Source: Armatimonadota bacterium
Lineage (GTDB): Bacteria > Armatimonadota > SYMT01
DNA length: 64,000 nucleotides
Direction of reading: 5' to 3'
NCBI GenBank assembly: GCA_041690135.1
Contig: JAWLHY010000017.1
Span: 1-64,000, forward strand
Notes under the pieces: generated by a model
What the model saw: only the letters and a program-made list of their open reading frames with translations
Databases searched by the model: none
What the model was told of the DNA's origin: nothing
Program-made: the position numbers and the translations under genes
In this document: positions 8,676-17,792 of the stretch, in pieces
How the letters are laid out: each line of letters opens with the position of its first letter
Numbering within the stretch: position 1 is the first letter of the stretch

Positions 8676-8846
8676 AGCGGCGCGTCTCCTCTCTGGAAAA
8701 TCGCAGTCATTGCGATTATTCCCAGGGGGCGGGTGGGGCAGTCCTGGGGTGAGAGGACCCTCCTCGACCGTGGGTGTCGGGCGCGTGTTCGCGGTGCTGC
8801 GGGGCTCCGGAGAGACAGTTCGAGCTAGCCTCGTGGGTGGGCGGGA

Positions 8847-9197
8847 TCAGAAGTCACCGGCACCGTCGCAGCCACCCCCATCGTAGCCGCCACAATCCCA
8901 GCCACCGAGAGAGGCATGCCCGGTACTCGCGGCACTCCCATCGCCTCCGTGATCTGTGGAGTGGTCATCGAGAGAGCGTGAAGGAGAATAGAAAGGCTGG
9001 ATGGCCTGCTGGCCGAGCAGGGCCGCCAGCAGACCGGCAATGCGGGGGTTCAGGTTTCCGAATGGGGTATCGTAACCGAGAGCCTTGCGCATGCTGGCTA
9101 ACACCTGCAGCATAACGAAGCCAATGATCCCGGCCCAGATCAGCATGCCGGTGATGCCTAAAATCAGGATGAGCCCTTGGTGCCACATGAGGCCCAT
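8847..9197 (-). CDS. Membrane hypothetical protein with a G/D/C-rich tail
   Basis: AGGAGG RBS; N-terminal hydrophobic helix; GGWDCGGYDGGGCDGAGDF. Confidence 0.7.
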   Translation of the reverse strand: MGLMWHQGLILILGITGMLIWAGIIGFVMLQVLASMRKALGYDTPFGNLNPRIAGLLAALLGQQAIQPFYSPSRSLDDHSTDHGGDGSAASTGHASLGGWDCGGYDGGGCDGAGDF

Positions 9198-9280
9198 GGG
9201 AGTACCTCCTACCTATTTCGACGTTATCCTCGTCTGGATAGGACAACGGGCACGGACCACATTCGGTTGCGGCGGTAGTG

Positions 9281-10723
9281 CTACGCGAGGATGTCGCGGA
9301 TAACGTGGCCGTGGACGTCGGTGAGGCGGCGATCGAGTCCGTTGTAGTAATAGGTCAACTTCTCGTGGTCGAAGCCCAGGAGGTGGAGGACCGTGGCGTA
9401 GAAGTCCCACACGGTGGAGACATTCTCCACGGCCTGCCGGCCGAACTCATCGGTGGCGCCGTAGGACACGCCGCCCTTCACCCCCGCGCCCATCATCCAG
9501 CAGGTGAAGCCGTCCGGGTTGTGGTCCCGGCCGGAAGTACCTTCCTGGTGGGTCGGCATCCGCCCGAACTCGGTGGTCCAGAGCACCAGGGTGTCTTCCA
9601 GCATGCCGCGCTGCTTGAGGTCGGTGAGCAGGGCCGCCGTGGGCTGGTCGAAGATGGGGCAATGGCGCTCGTAATCCGACTTCAGCGTCTTGTGAGCATC
9701 CCAGTTCAGGAGCCCATCCACGCCGGAGGCACGCGAAGCGCAGTAGAGATTCACGTACCGCACGCCGCGCTCGAGGAGCCGCCGAGCCAGGATGCAGTTG
9801 CGAGCGTAGGTCGCCATCAGGCGGTTGGGGCTGTCGGTTCCGTACTGCTTGTGGACGTGCGGCGCCTCCGCGTCGAGATTGGAGACCTCCGGAGCGGAGA
9901 CCTGCATCCGCGCCGCCAGCTCGTAGGCGGCAATCCGGGCGCGGAGAGTCGAGTCGTCGCCGCTGGCTTTGGCGTGGCGTTCGTTCAGCAGCCGGAGCAC
10001 CTCACGGGACGCGCGCTCTTCCTCGGGGGTAATTCCCTTGGGCAGGCTCAAGTTCCGGATGTCCTGCTGGGCGGCCAGCACGATCGCCTGGTACTTGGCG
10101 GGCAGGAAGCCGTTGCTCCAGTTCGCCTTGCCGTTCGGGGGCTCGCCGCGGAGGTCGGGAATCGCCACATACGTCGGCAGGTTGTCGTTCATGCTGCCCA
10201 GGGCGTAGCTCATCCAGGCGCCGGTGCTCGGGAAGCCCTCCTGGGCGTGCCCGGTGTTCATGAAGATGCAGCCGGGGCCATGGGTGTTCGTCTTCGACGT
10301 CATCGAGTGGACGAAGGCGATGTCGTCGATGTGCTGCGCCATGTGGGGGAGCATGCTGGTGATCAGCTTGCCGCTCTTTCCGGCGTGGACGAACGGCCAG
10401 GGGCTCTTCATCAGGTTGCCGTTCTTCCCCTGGAATGAGAAGAAGTTGCCTGCTCCGGGCAGCGGTTGGCCATGACGCTGGTCCAACTCCGGCTTGTGCT
10501 CCCACAGGTCGATGTGGGAGGCCGCGCCGGGGCAGAAGATCTGCAAGACCCGCTTCGCCTTCGCCGGGTGGTGGGTCATGCCTTTCCCCGGCAGCCACCC
10601 CGCCCCCGCGACGCCCGCCGCCTCCGCTTCCCGGCTGAACAGTGTCGCCAGGCCGATCCCCGCAAGCCCGGTATAAACGTCACCAAGAAGCTGGCGTCTA
10701 CTAAATAATTCAGCTTGTATCAT
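9281..10723 (-). CDS. DUF1501 family protein (Tat-like N-terminus)
   Basis: SRRQLL, AKRVLQIFCPGAASHIDLW, WDAH, TEFGRMP, GRDHNP; ATGA overlap with the upstream gene. Confidence 0.92.
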   Translation of the reverse strand: MIQAELFSRRQLLGDVYTGLAGIGLATLFSREAEAAGVAGAGWLPGKGMTHHPAKAKRVLQIFCPGAASHIDLWEHKPELDQRHGQPLPGAGNFFSFQGKNGNLMKSPWPFVHAGKSGKLITSMLPHMAQHIDDIAFVHSMTSKTNTHGPGCIFMNTGHAQEGFPSTGAWMSYALGSMNDNLPTYVAIPDLRGEPPNGKANWSNGFLPAKYQAIVLAAQQDIRNLSLPKGITPEEERASREVLRLLNERHAKASGDDSTLRARIAAYELAARMQVSAPEVSNLDAEAPHVHKQYGTDSPNRLMATYARNCILARRLLERGVRYVNLYCASRASGVDGLLNWDAHKTLKSDYERHCPIFDQPTAALLTDLKQRGMLEDTLVLWTTEFGRMPTHQEGTSGRDHNPDGFTCWMMGAGVKGGVSYGATDEFGRQAVENVSTVWDFYATVLHLLGFDHEKLTYYYNGLDRRLTDVHGHVIRDILA

Positions 10724-13700
10724 TGGAGGTAGACCAGTTCGTTGGAATTGAGCAGCGTGCGGCAGAAGGCGCGCAGGCCATGGCGCTCCACCAGGCGTTT
10801 GCACGCGGCCAGCTCTTCCTGCGCGGGCGGGCGGGCATAGGCGAGGATGAAACCGCGGACCACCTGGCCGAGCGCACCGCTGGGAGCCTCCTGCTGCAGC
10901 CTCTCCGCCAGCGCCTCCGCCATGTCGAGCGAGAAGCTGTGGTTCATCAGGGTCAACGCCTGGAGGGGCGTGGTGGTGGATGCCCGTCGCGCGACGGCAA
11001 AGGCTGGATCCGGGCAGTCGAAGTCCGTGAGGAGATCGACCCGGGCGGCGCGCGCATTCTGATGATAGACGGAGCGGCGGTAGGTCTCCGGCCCAACTTT
11101 GTCCAGCGGGACGTAGGTGGCGACGTTGTCTTCCTGATACTCGTAGAGCCGGAAGCCCGGCCCTCCCATCGCCTTGTCCAGCTTCCCGGCGATGCTCAAC
11201 ACCGTGTCTCGCACTTCTTCCGCCGCAAGCCGCCGGGGTGGGAAACGCCAGAGCAGCCGGCTGTCTCCGTCTACCTTCGCCGCGGCCTCCCGGTGGGCGG
11301 CGGACTGCTGATAGGTCTCAGAGGTCATGATCAGGCGGTGAAGCGCCTTGAGGGTCCAGGGGTGGGGGGCTGGGGGCTGGGGGCTGGGGGCCGGAGTTTT
11401 CCCGCCATTTACCTTTGTGCCTGCGTTCCCGTCACCTGATATCCGCTTGCCACCCGTAGAGTTCAGATTGCCGACTGCTGACCCCTGACCCCTGACCCCT
11501 GTGAGGTACCGTGCCAGGTAATCCAGGAGCTCCGGATGGGTGGGACGGCCGCCCATGTAGCCGAAGTCGCTGGGGGTATCGACGATGCCCGTGCCGAAGT
11601 GGTAGTGCCACACGCGGTTGGCGAGTACGCGGGGGGTGAGCGGGTTGTCCGGGGCCGTGATCCAGCGCGCGAGGGCGACCCTCCGCTCGCCTTCGGGTGT
11701 CTCCGGCGCCAACTGGTAACCCCGGCTCACCTCGCTCAGCGTGGAGAAGCTGGCGGGAACTACGGGGGCGCCCTTCTTCTGCGGATCTCCGCCGACGAAG
11801 ACATTGAAGGGTCCCGGAGCGCCGTTGAAGTGCCCGATCCACCAGCGCGGGGGCTGCGGCAGGCGGGCGATCTCCCCGTCCAGGCGCCCGATCTCCTTCC
11901 GCAGTTCGGCCAGCTTCTGCTGCTCCGCCGGGGTGACCTCGGCTTCGAAGAGGCGCCGGTCGCGCAGGGCATCCGAGAGCGGCTTGCGATCGAGAGAGCT
12001 GGCCACCTCTTTCCAGGTCTTCCCGTCAGCGGATACCTCAATACGATAGTCGCCGACGAACGGGCTGCGCGCTCCTTGCTCCACCGGGTTCCGGTTGTTC
12101 GAGAAGAAGACCCGTTCGATCCGCTCCGGGCGGGCGAAGGTGAGCGTCAGCGTGGGCCCGGCGGCGAACCACCGCGCGCCGAACCGGCCGTCAATGGTGA
12201 GGTTCACGCTGTATGCCTCGGCGAAGTCGGGAGCGATCCGGCTGGCTCCCTCGGCCTTCGTGCCGTTAACCGCCAGGGCCACATTGCGGGGCTTCTCGCC
12301 GCCGGTCCACACCTCGAACTCGTCGATGCGGTACCCGGTATTCTGTTCGGGCTGATCGTCGCGGCGCAGGACCACCAGGCGCAAAGCGCGGGCTTCCACC
12401 GGTGCGAACCGTTCCTCGGTGCCCGCGCGGTCGATGGTTGGACGGGTCCAGCGGGCTGCGAACTGCTCCTTCTTTGCCTTCGTGCGCTCCGCTACGGCGC
12501 GGTTGAGCGCCTCCAATTCGGCGGCCAACTTGTTGCGCGACTCTTCCAACGGCTTGAGCTTCGCCACCCGGACCGCTTCCTGCTCCGGCGTGGTGAGGGT
12601 CCGGTCGCCGTGCGTCACTCCCGCGAAGGTGGCATAGAGGCTGTAGTAATCACGCGCGAGCACGGGATCGAACTTGTGGTCGTGGCACCGGGCGCACCCG
12701 ACGGTGGTGCCCAGGAACGCCTCGCTGGTGGCGCGGATCATGTCGTCCAGGGTGTTCGCCCGGATCTGCGCCGCGGCGGCGGCATCCTGGTTCCCCACGT
12801 TGTCGTAGGGACCGCAGACCAGGAAGGCCGTGCCGATCTCGACCTTGGGATCGCCCTTGCCGACCACGTCCCCCGCCAGTTGTTCCAGCACGAAACGGTC
12901 GAACGGTTTGTCCTCGTTGAAGGAACGGATCACGTAGTCGCGGTACGGCCACACGTTGTTGATGAGGACGTTCCGCTCGAAACCGTTGCTCTCCCCGAAC
13001 CGGACCACGTCCAACCAGTGCCGACCCCATCGTTCGCCGTAGTGGGGCGAGGCCAGCAATCGGTCGACGAGCCGCGCCACGGCTCCCTGGCGGTCCGTCC
13101 GGCACTCCTTCACGAAGGCTTCCACTTCGGAGGGAGTGGACGGCAGGCCGTGGAGATCGTAGGTGGCCCGGCGGATCAGGGCCCGCGGGTCGGCCGGCGG
13201 GTTGGGAGTGAGCCCCTTCTCCCGGAGTTTCGCGAAGACAAAGCGGTCGACCGGATTGCGGCTCCAGGCGGCGGGGATCCCCTTGACCTGGGGTGGGGCG
13301 GACGTGGAGAGGGCGCGATACGCCCACCAGGAACGGTCCGCCTTGGTGCGCTCTTGTAGAACCAACTGCTCGGGCCAGGGCGCGCCCGCCGCAATCCAGC
13401 GCCGCAGAAGGATGGCCTCTTCCGGGGTAAGGGGCTCGCCTTTTTCCGGCATCTCCGGCTTCTGCCCCTTCGGCGCGATCGTCCGCGTGTAAAGTGGGCT
13501 TTGGTCCGGCTTTCCGGGGACCAGCGCGGTGCCCAGGTCCCCGCCTTTGAGCATTGCGGCGCGAGAAGTCAGATCGAAGCTGCCCTTGGCGTTGTCCGGC
13601 CGGTGACAGCTCACGCACTTCTGCTCCAGGACCGAAGCGATCTTCGATCGGAAGAAGGCGGCATCCACCGGGGCCGCCGGCGCGGGGGCCGGTTTGGGCG

Positions 13701-13791
13701 GCGCACTGTAGGCAAGCGTGGCGCTTAGGCCGGGCAACGCGAGGGCCAGGGGTGCAAGGACGTGAGGCGGGAGGGTTCGTATCGGGCGCAT
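10720..13791 (-). CDS. Planctomycete cytochrome c + DUF1549 + discoidin-like + DUF1553 (PSD1) protein
   Basis: CVSCH, YGERWGRHWLDVVRFGES, CARCHDHKFDP, RVLANRVWHYHFG, PTHPELLDYLA, TTPLQAL. Confidence 0.92.
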   Translation of the reverse strand: MRPIRTLPPHVLAPLALALPGLSATLAYSAPPKPAPAPAAPVDAAFFRSKIASVLEQKCVSCHRPDNAKGSFDLTSRAAMLKGGDLGTALVPGKPDQSPLYTRTIAPKGQKPEMPEKGEPLTPEEAILLRRWIAAGAPWPEQLVLQERTKADRSWWAYRALSTSAPPQVKGIPAAWSRNPVDRFVFAKLREKGLTPNPPADPRALIRRATYDLHGLPSTPSEVEAFVKECRTDRQGAVARLVDRLLASPHYGERWGRHWLDVVRFGESNGFERNVLINNVWPYRDYVIRSFNEDKPFDRFVLEQLAGDVVGKGDPKVEIGTAFLVCGPYDNVGNQDAAAAAQIRANTLDDMIRATSEAFLGTTVGCARCHDHKFDPVLARDYYSLYATFAGVTHGDRTLTTPEQEAVRVAKLKPLEESRNKLAAELEALNRAVAERTKAKKEQFAARWTRPTIDRAGTEERFAPVEARALRLVVLRRDDQPEQNTGYRIDEFEVWTGGEKPRNVALAVNGTKAEGASRIAPDFAEAYSVNLTIDGRFGARWFAAGPTLTLTFARPERIERVFFSNNRNPVEQGARSPFVGDYRIEVSADGKTWKEVASSLDRKPLSDALRDRRLFEAEVTPAEQQKLAELRKEIGRLDGEIARLPQPPRWWIGHFNGAPGPFNVFVGGDPQKKGAPVVPASFSTLSEVSRGYQLAPETPEGERRVALARWITAPDNPLTPRVLANRVWHYHFGTGIVDTPSDFGYMGGRPTHPELLDYLARYLTGVRGQGSAVGNLNSTGGKRISGDGNAGTKVNGGKTPAPSPQPPAPHPWTLKALHRLIMTSETYQQSAAHREAAAKVDGDSRLLWRFPPRRLAAEEVRDTVLSIAGKLDKAMGGPGFRLYEYQEDNVATYVPLDKVGPETYRRSVYHQNARAARVDLLTDFDCPDPAFAVARRASTTTPLQALTLMNHSFSLDMAEALAERLQQEAPSGALGQVVRGFILAYARPPAQEELAACKRLVERHGLRAFCRTLLNSNELVYLQ
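11359..11501. repeat. In-frame insertion bounded by heptamer arrays (CAGGGGT)x3 and (CCCCCAG)x3-4
   Basis: Lies between LLDYLARYL and WTLKALHRL. Confidence 0.8.
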
Positions 13792-13955
13792 CAATCTCTC
13801 CGGGGTTCCATCCCCATTATCCATGGGAGAGCCGAACCCCTCCGAACGTTGCAAGGGAATCGCTGGTGAGAGGTGATCCGCGAATTGGGCGAATGGGACG
13901 AGTGGATATGGGCGTCGAGTGGTGAGGGATGAGTAGTGGATGGTGAGTGGCGGCT

Positions 13956-14216
13956 TGGTGCGGAGTGAGTGGGGCAGGTGATGCTACGATCAGCACCCGT
14001 TTGGGAGAACCGATCCGTACCCATCAGGGTGAATGGATCTGTAGGGGCATCGGCTCTGGTTGCCCTGTCCTGCATGAGATGAGTGCTCGCAAGAACGTAG
14101 CCACCGAGGAAATTGGAGTGGACCAATTGCGGCCCCTCTGCCTTTTCCGCTCGCTCGGCGTCTCGCACCAGGGTGTTGAGTGGTGCGGAGTGAGTGGGGC
14201 GGGCGTCTCGCCCGCC
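13956..14216. repeat. 20-bp direct repeat TGGTGCGGAGTGAGTGGGGC (13956-13975 and 14181-14200); the second copy runs into the REP-like palindrome GGCGGGCGTCTCGCCCGCC
   Basis: Read directly. Confidence 0.75.
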
Positions 14217-14357
14217 AGAGATCGATCACGATAAGGATCACGAATGGGGGCAGGGGTGGGGAGGGCGGGGGGGCTAGGGGCCGCGGATGAAGCGAATGCG
14301 AGGGGAGCAATTTTTGGGGAGTCAGGGGCTTGGAGCCGGCGCATTCCGATGCGGGAA

Positions 14358-14951
14358 TCAACGTGCTCTGCGAATAGCTTTGAACCGTCCTCCGCGCCAG
14401 ATCCAGTCAAAATGCTTCCGCCCCGCTTGATCGATCACGTGAATAGTTGTCCCGTGGCGGGGCAACACAAAGCCGAAGTAGGCTTCCGACCGCATGGGCA
14501 CCGTTTTGCGGGTCACGTCAACCAGGTGACCCTTCTCGTACCTGTAGAAGTCCAGCCTCGGCTCCCAAACACCGTCGCTGGCGTAGTTCCAGCCGGCTGC
14601 GAGCAAGTCGGTGCGGTCCGGGTGTTTGAAGAGGCACACGGTAAGCTCCTCTTGTGCCCCGTCGGACCTGGTTTTAAGGTAGCCATTACGGATGTCGGTG
14701 ATCCCACCGAATGCCGGGTTGATGAGGTCGAGACGGTTCTGCCGTGTGCCGACCGCGAAGTATCGAGTACGCGGAAGCAGGAGGTAGTAATCGAGCACGT
14801 TACGCGGAGGTGCCTTCTGTTGCGAACCGTCGATCTTGGGCGAAGGTGCCGGAAGAGCACTCCCTGGCTCTAGAGAAATCCCGAGGACCCATACGAACGT
14901 GGGCACCTACTTGATCATCGCTTTTGGGGTAAGCACCGCCTTCGCTCTCAT
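14358..14951 (-). pseudogene. Secreted hypothetical protein with an in-frame TAG in the signal region (or a gene starting at GTG 14906)
   Basis: ATG 14951 gives MRAKAVLTPKAMIK*VPTFVWVLGISL...; the stop is at 14907-14909. Confidence 0.5.
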
Positions 14952-14979
14952 CCTGGTTGATGTCGGCAGTGGACTCGCG

Positions 14980-15105
14980 TCATTCGGGGGTCCTGGCGCC
15001 TTCGAGGACGGGTATGACGCGCTGCTTCTCCAGGCGCCTTGCCAAATCCAGTGCCGTTTGTCCCTGGTGGTCGCGTGCGTCCGCGTTGGCGCCGCGCTTC
15101 AGCTC
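14980..15105 (-). pseudogene. Orphan C-terminal ankyrin-repeat remnant
   Basis: Manual translation ELKRGANADARDHQGQTALDLARRLEKQRVIPVLEGARTPE*; no start codon. Confidence 0.6.
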
Positions 15106-15112
15106 GCAACCT

Positions 15113-15149
15113 CCGCCGTATCCCTGGCTCTCGTCCAGGGATACGGCGG
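15113..15149 (-). terminator. 15-bp stem hairpin downstream of the prepilin gene
   Basis: CCGCCGTATCCCTGG-N7-CCAGGGATACGGCGG. Confidence 0.6.
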
Positions 15150-15168
15150 TGAGCTCAACCAGAACCTC

Positions 15169-15891
15169 TTACAGTCGGTTCCAGAAGACGAAGCGCAACT
15201 CGCCGGACAGGGCGAAACCATCCTCGTTATTCGCCTGGCGGTTCACGTCTCCGCGTTTCGCTACCTTGACGTGCCCGTCGACGAATGCCACGTTGGTGTT
15301 GTCGTTGTGCCGATACGCCACGCGACTCTGGCCGACCGCCCAGGTTCCCCACGGCGCTCCCGCCCAGGAGTTGGTCCCCGTTTGCACGTCGGGCCGCGCG
15401 CGGTAGCGGTTGGAGGTGCCTCCCCCGGGCGTCTCCAGTATAAGGTAGGTTTCAGCCGGCTTGCCGATGGCGGCGAGTGCCTGGTTGTTCAGGTAACGTG
15501 CGTTGTAGCCGTAAGTCCCGGCGTTGCCATAGTTATTCGGACCGCTCCAGAACAGGTTCCGTGGAGCACTGGGGCAGTCGAACAGCTTGGCGTTCTTGAT
15601 GTAGGGGTAAGTCTGGTGCATCCACCGCGCACCGACGTTGCTCCCGTTCACAACCCAGGTCCTACTAGCGGCGGGCATCGTCTCATCATAGTCCTGGGTG
15701 TACATCATGACTCCCATTCCCATCTGCTTCATATGACTGAGACAGGCGCTGGACCGTGCAGCTTCCCGTGCTTTGGCAAAGACCGGGAAGAGGATAGCCG
15801 CCAGGATGGCGATTATCGCGATGACTACTAACAGCTCGATCAGGGTGAAGGCGCGCCGGTGTGATCTGCGGCGGGCGATTGGTTTGCTCAT
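15169..15891 (-). CDS. Prepilin-type N-terminal cleavage/methylation protein, DUF1559 / H-X9-DG type
   Basis: AFTLIELLVVIAIIAILAAILFPVFAKARE; RHNDNTNVAFVDGH. Confidence 0.93.
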   Translation of the reverse strand: MSKPIARRRSHRRAFTLIELLVVIAIIAILAAILFPVFAKAREAARSSACLSHMKQMGMGVMMYTQDYDETMPAASRTWVVNGSNVGARWMHQTYPYIKNAKLFDCPSAPRNLFWSGPNNYGNAGTYGYNARYLNNQALAAIGKPAETYLILETPGGGTSNRYRARPDVQTGTNSWAGAPWGTWAVGQSRVAYRHNDNTNVAFVDGHVKVAKRGDVNRQANNEDGFALSGELRFVFWNRL

Positions 15892-16351
15892 GGCAATTCC
15901 TTGACGAATCTGCTGCCTGCGGATGGATTCCGCGGGCCGACCTTATGCGTCGTGGGTTTGCCTGCCGGATTTCATTCTCGACGTCCGGCGAGCATTGCGG
16001 ATTCTTTGACTTGCTGCAACAGCTTTACCAGATCTCGCCCTCCGCGTCCATTCTGTTTTCAAAAGCTAGCTGACGGAGGTTCGGCTCATCAGCCGTCACG
16101 GCGAGCAAAGGCGCCAGCTCCGGATAGCTCTCGTCCATTGCGGCAAGGTATTCCCGCCGGCGGTACTCCACTTCTTCGCCCGCTCCAAGCTTTCGGCGGC
16201 CGGCTCTGCTGCGCGGATCCAGCCGAACTCCCGCTCCAGATCCCCGCTCTGTCTCTGGCCTTCCTGATCCTCGTCATAGTCCCAATCGGCCGCAGCGACG
16301 GGAGGAGAATCCCCTACTTCCGCACGACATGCCCCCGAGGAGTTTCCCGCA

Positions 16352-17791
16352 ATGAACCGGCTTTTCCCGCGAGCTTGTCCCTGTTTGCGTTCGCCGCTGG
16401 CAGCGTTGGCGCTGCTTCTGCTGGCGTGCCTGACCACCCTGGCCGGAGGCGCGACGGCGAAAACGGCGGAGCGCCCAAATTTTGTGATCATCATCGCGGA
16501 CGACATGGCCTGGGATGATTGCGGCGCGTACGGGAACTCTAAAATCCGGACTCCGAACCTCGACCGTCTCGCCCGGGAAGGGATGCGCTTCGACCGCGCC
16601 TTCCTGATGACGAGCTCTTGCAGTCCCAGCCGGGCGAGCATTCTTACCGGTCGCTACCCGCACGCGACCGGCGCGCCGGAGCTGCACCAGCCGCTGCCTG
16701 CCTCGCAGGTGATGCTCTCGGAACCGCTCCGGGAAGCGGGCTACTACACTGCCTCTGCGGGGAAGTGGCACCTGGGCGGGCCCGCCAAGAGCAAGTGGGA
16801 TCTCGTGCGCGAGGGAGGCGGTCCCAGCGGCTGCGAGCACTGGCTGCCGGTGTTGCGGGAGCGGCCCAAGGAGAAGCCGTTCTTCCTCTGGCTGGCGGCC
16901 GTCGACCCACACCGCCAGTATCAGCCGGGCGCCATTTCACGGCCCCACTCGCCGGAAGAGGTGGTAGTCCCTCCGTACCTGCCGGACACCGAATCAGTTC
17001 GCAGGGACCTGGCGCTCTACTACGACGAGATCGCGCGGATGGACGGCTTCATCGGGCAGGTGCTGGATGAGCTGGAGAAGCAGGATCTTGCGAAGAACAC
17101 CTTCGTCCTGTTCCTCACCGACAATGGGCGCCCGTTCCCGCGCTGCAAGACGACCCTGTACGACGACGGCATCCGCACTCCGTTCCTGGTCCGCTTCCCG
17201 GGCCGGGTGAAGCCGGGCAGCCAGAGCGATAGCCTGGTGAGTGCGGTCGATATTGCGCCGACCGTGCTGGACCTGGCCGGCATCAAAGCCGCGCCGACGT
17301 TCCATGGCCGCAGCTTCGCCCGGCTGCTGGAGAACCCGAAGGCCACGGTTCGCGAGTATGCGTTCGCGGAGCACAACTGGCACGACTACCGGGCCTTCGA
17401 GCGGGGTGCGCGTTCGCGACGGTTTACCTATATCCGCAACTGGCTGCCCGAACTGCCGGGCACCCCGCCCGCCGACGCCGTGACGTCGCCGACGTATGCC
17501 GTCCTCCGTGAGTTGCGGGACCAGGGCAACCTCCCGCCCCAGCAGCGCAGCATCTTCGTTACTCCGCGCCCGGCGGAGGAGTTGTACGACCTCGAGGCCG
17601 ACCCGCACTCCTTCAAGAACCTCGCCGGCGATCCGAAGTACTCCGGCGTACTGGATAAGCACCGGAAGGCGCTGGACCACTGGCGCGAGGAGACGGGCGA
17701 CACCTTCGACCGGGAGCGCCTCACTCCCGACGGTTTCGATCGCGAAACGGGGGCGCGTAAGCTTCCTCGTGGAAAGGCCCGACCGGAGTAA
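16352..17791 (+). CDS. FGly sulfatase (sulfamidase-like)
   Basis: Signal peptide, IADD, CSPSRASILTG, GKWH, DPHR, EELYDL. Confidence 0.93.
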   Translation: MNRLFPRACPCLRSPLAALALLLLACLTTLAGGATAKTAERPNFVIIIADDMAWDDCGAYGNSKIRTPNLDRLAREGMRFDRAFLMTSSCSPSRASILTGRYPHATGAPELHQPLPASQVMLSEPLREAGYYTASAGKWHLGGPAKSKWDLVREGGGPSGCEHWLPVLRERPKEKPFFLWLAAVDPHRQYQPGAISRPHSPEEVVVPPYLPDTESVRRDLALYYDEIARMDGFIGQVLDELEKQDLAKNTFVLFLTDNGRPFPRCKTTLYDDGIRTPFLVRFPGRVKPGSQSDSLVSAVDIAPTVLDLAGIKAAPTFHGRSFARLLENPKATVREYAFAEHNWHDYRAFERGARSRRFTYIRNWLPELPGTPPADAVTSPTYAVLRELRDQGNLPPQQRSIFVTPRPAEELYDLEADPHSFKNLAGDPKYSGVLDKHRKALDHWREETGDTFDRERLTPDGFDRETGARKLPRGKARPE

Positions 17792-17792
17792 G

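Noticed and set aside
16025-16300. Protein-like minus-strand remnant (…EVEYRRREYLAAMDESYPELAPLL…GEIW*)
   Set aside because: No start codon, an apparent frameshift and no recognisable family; too weak to call.
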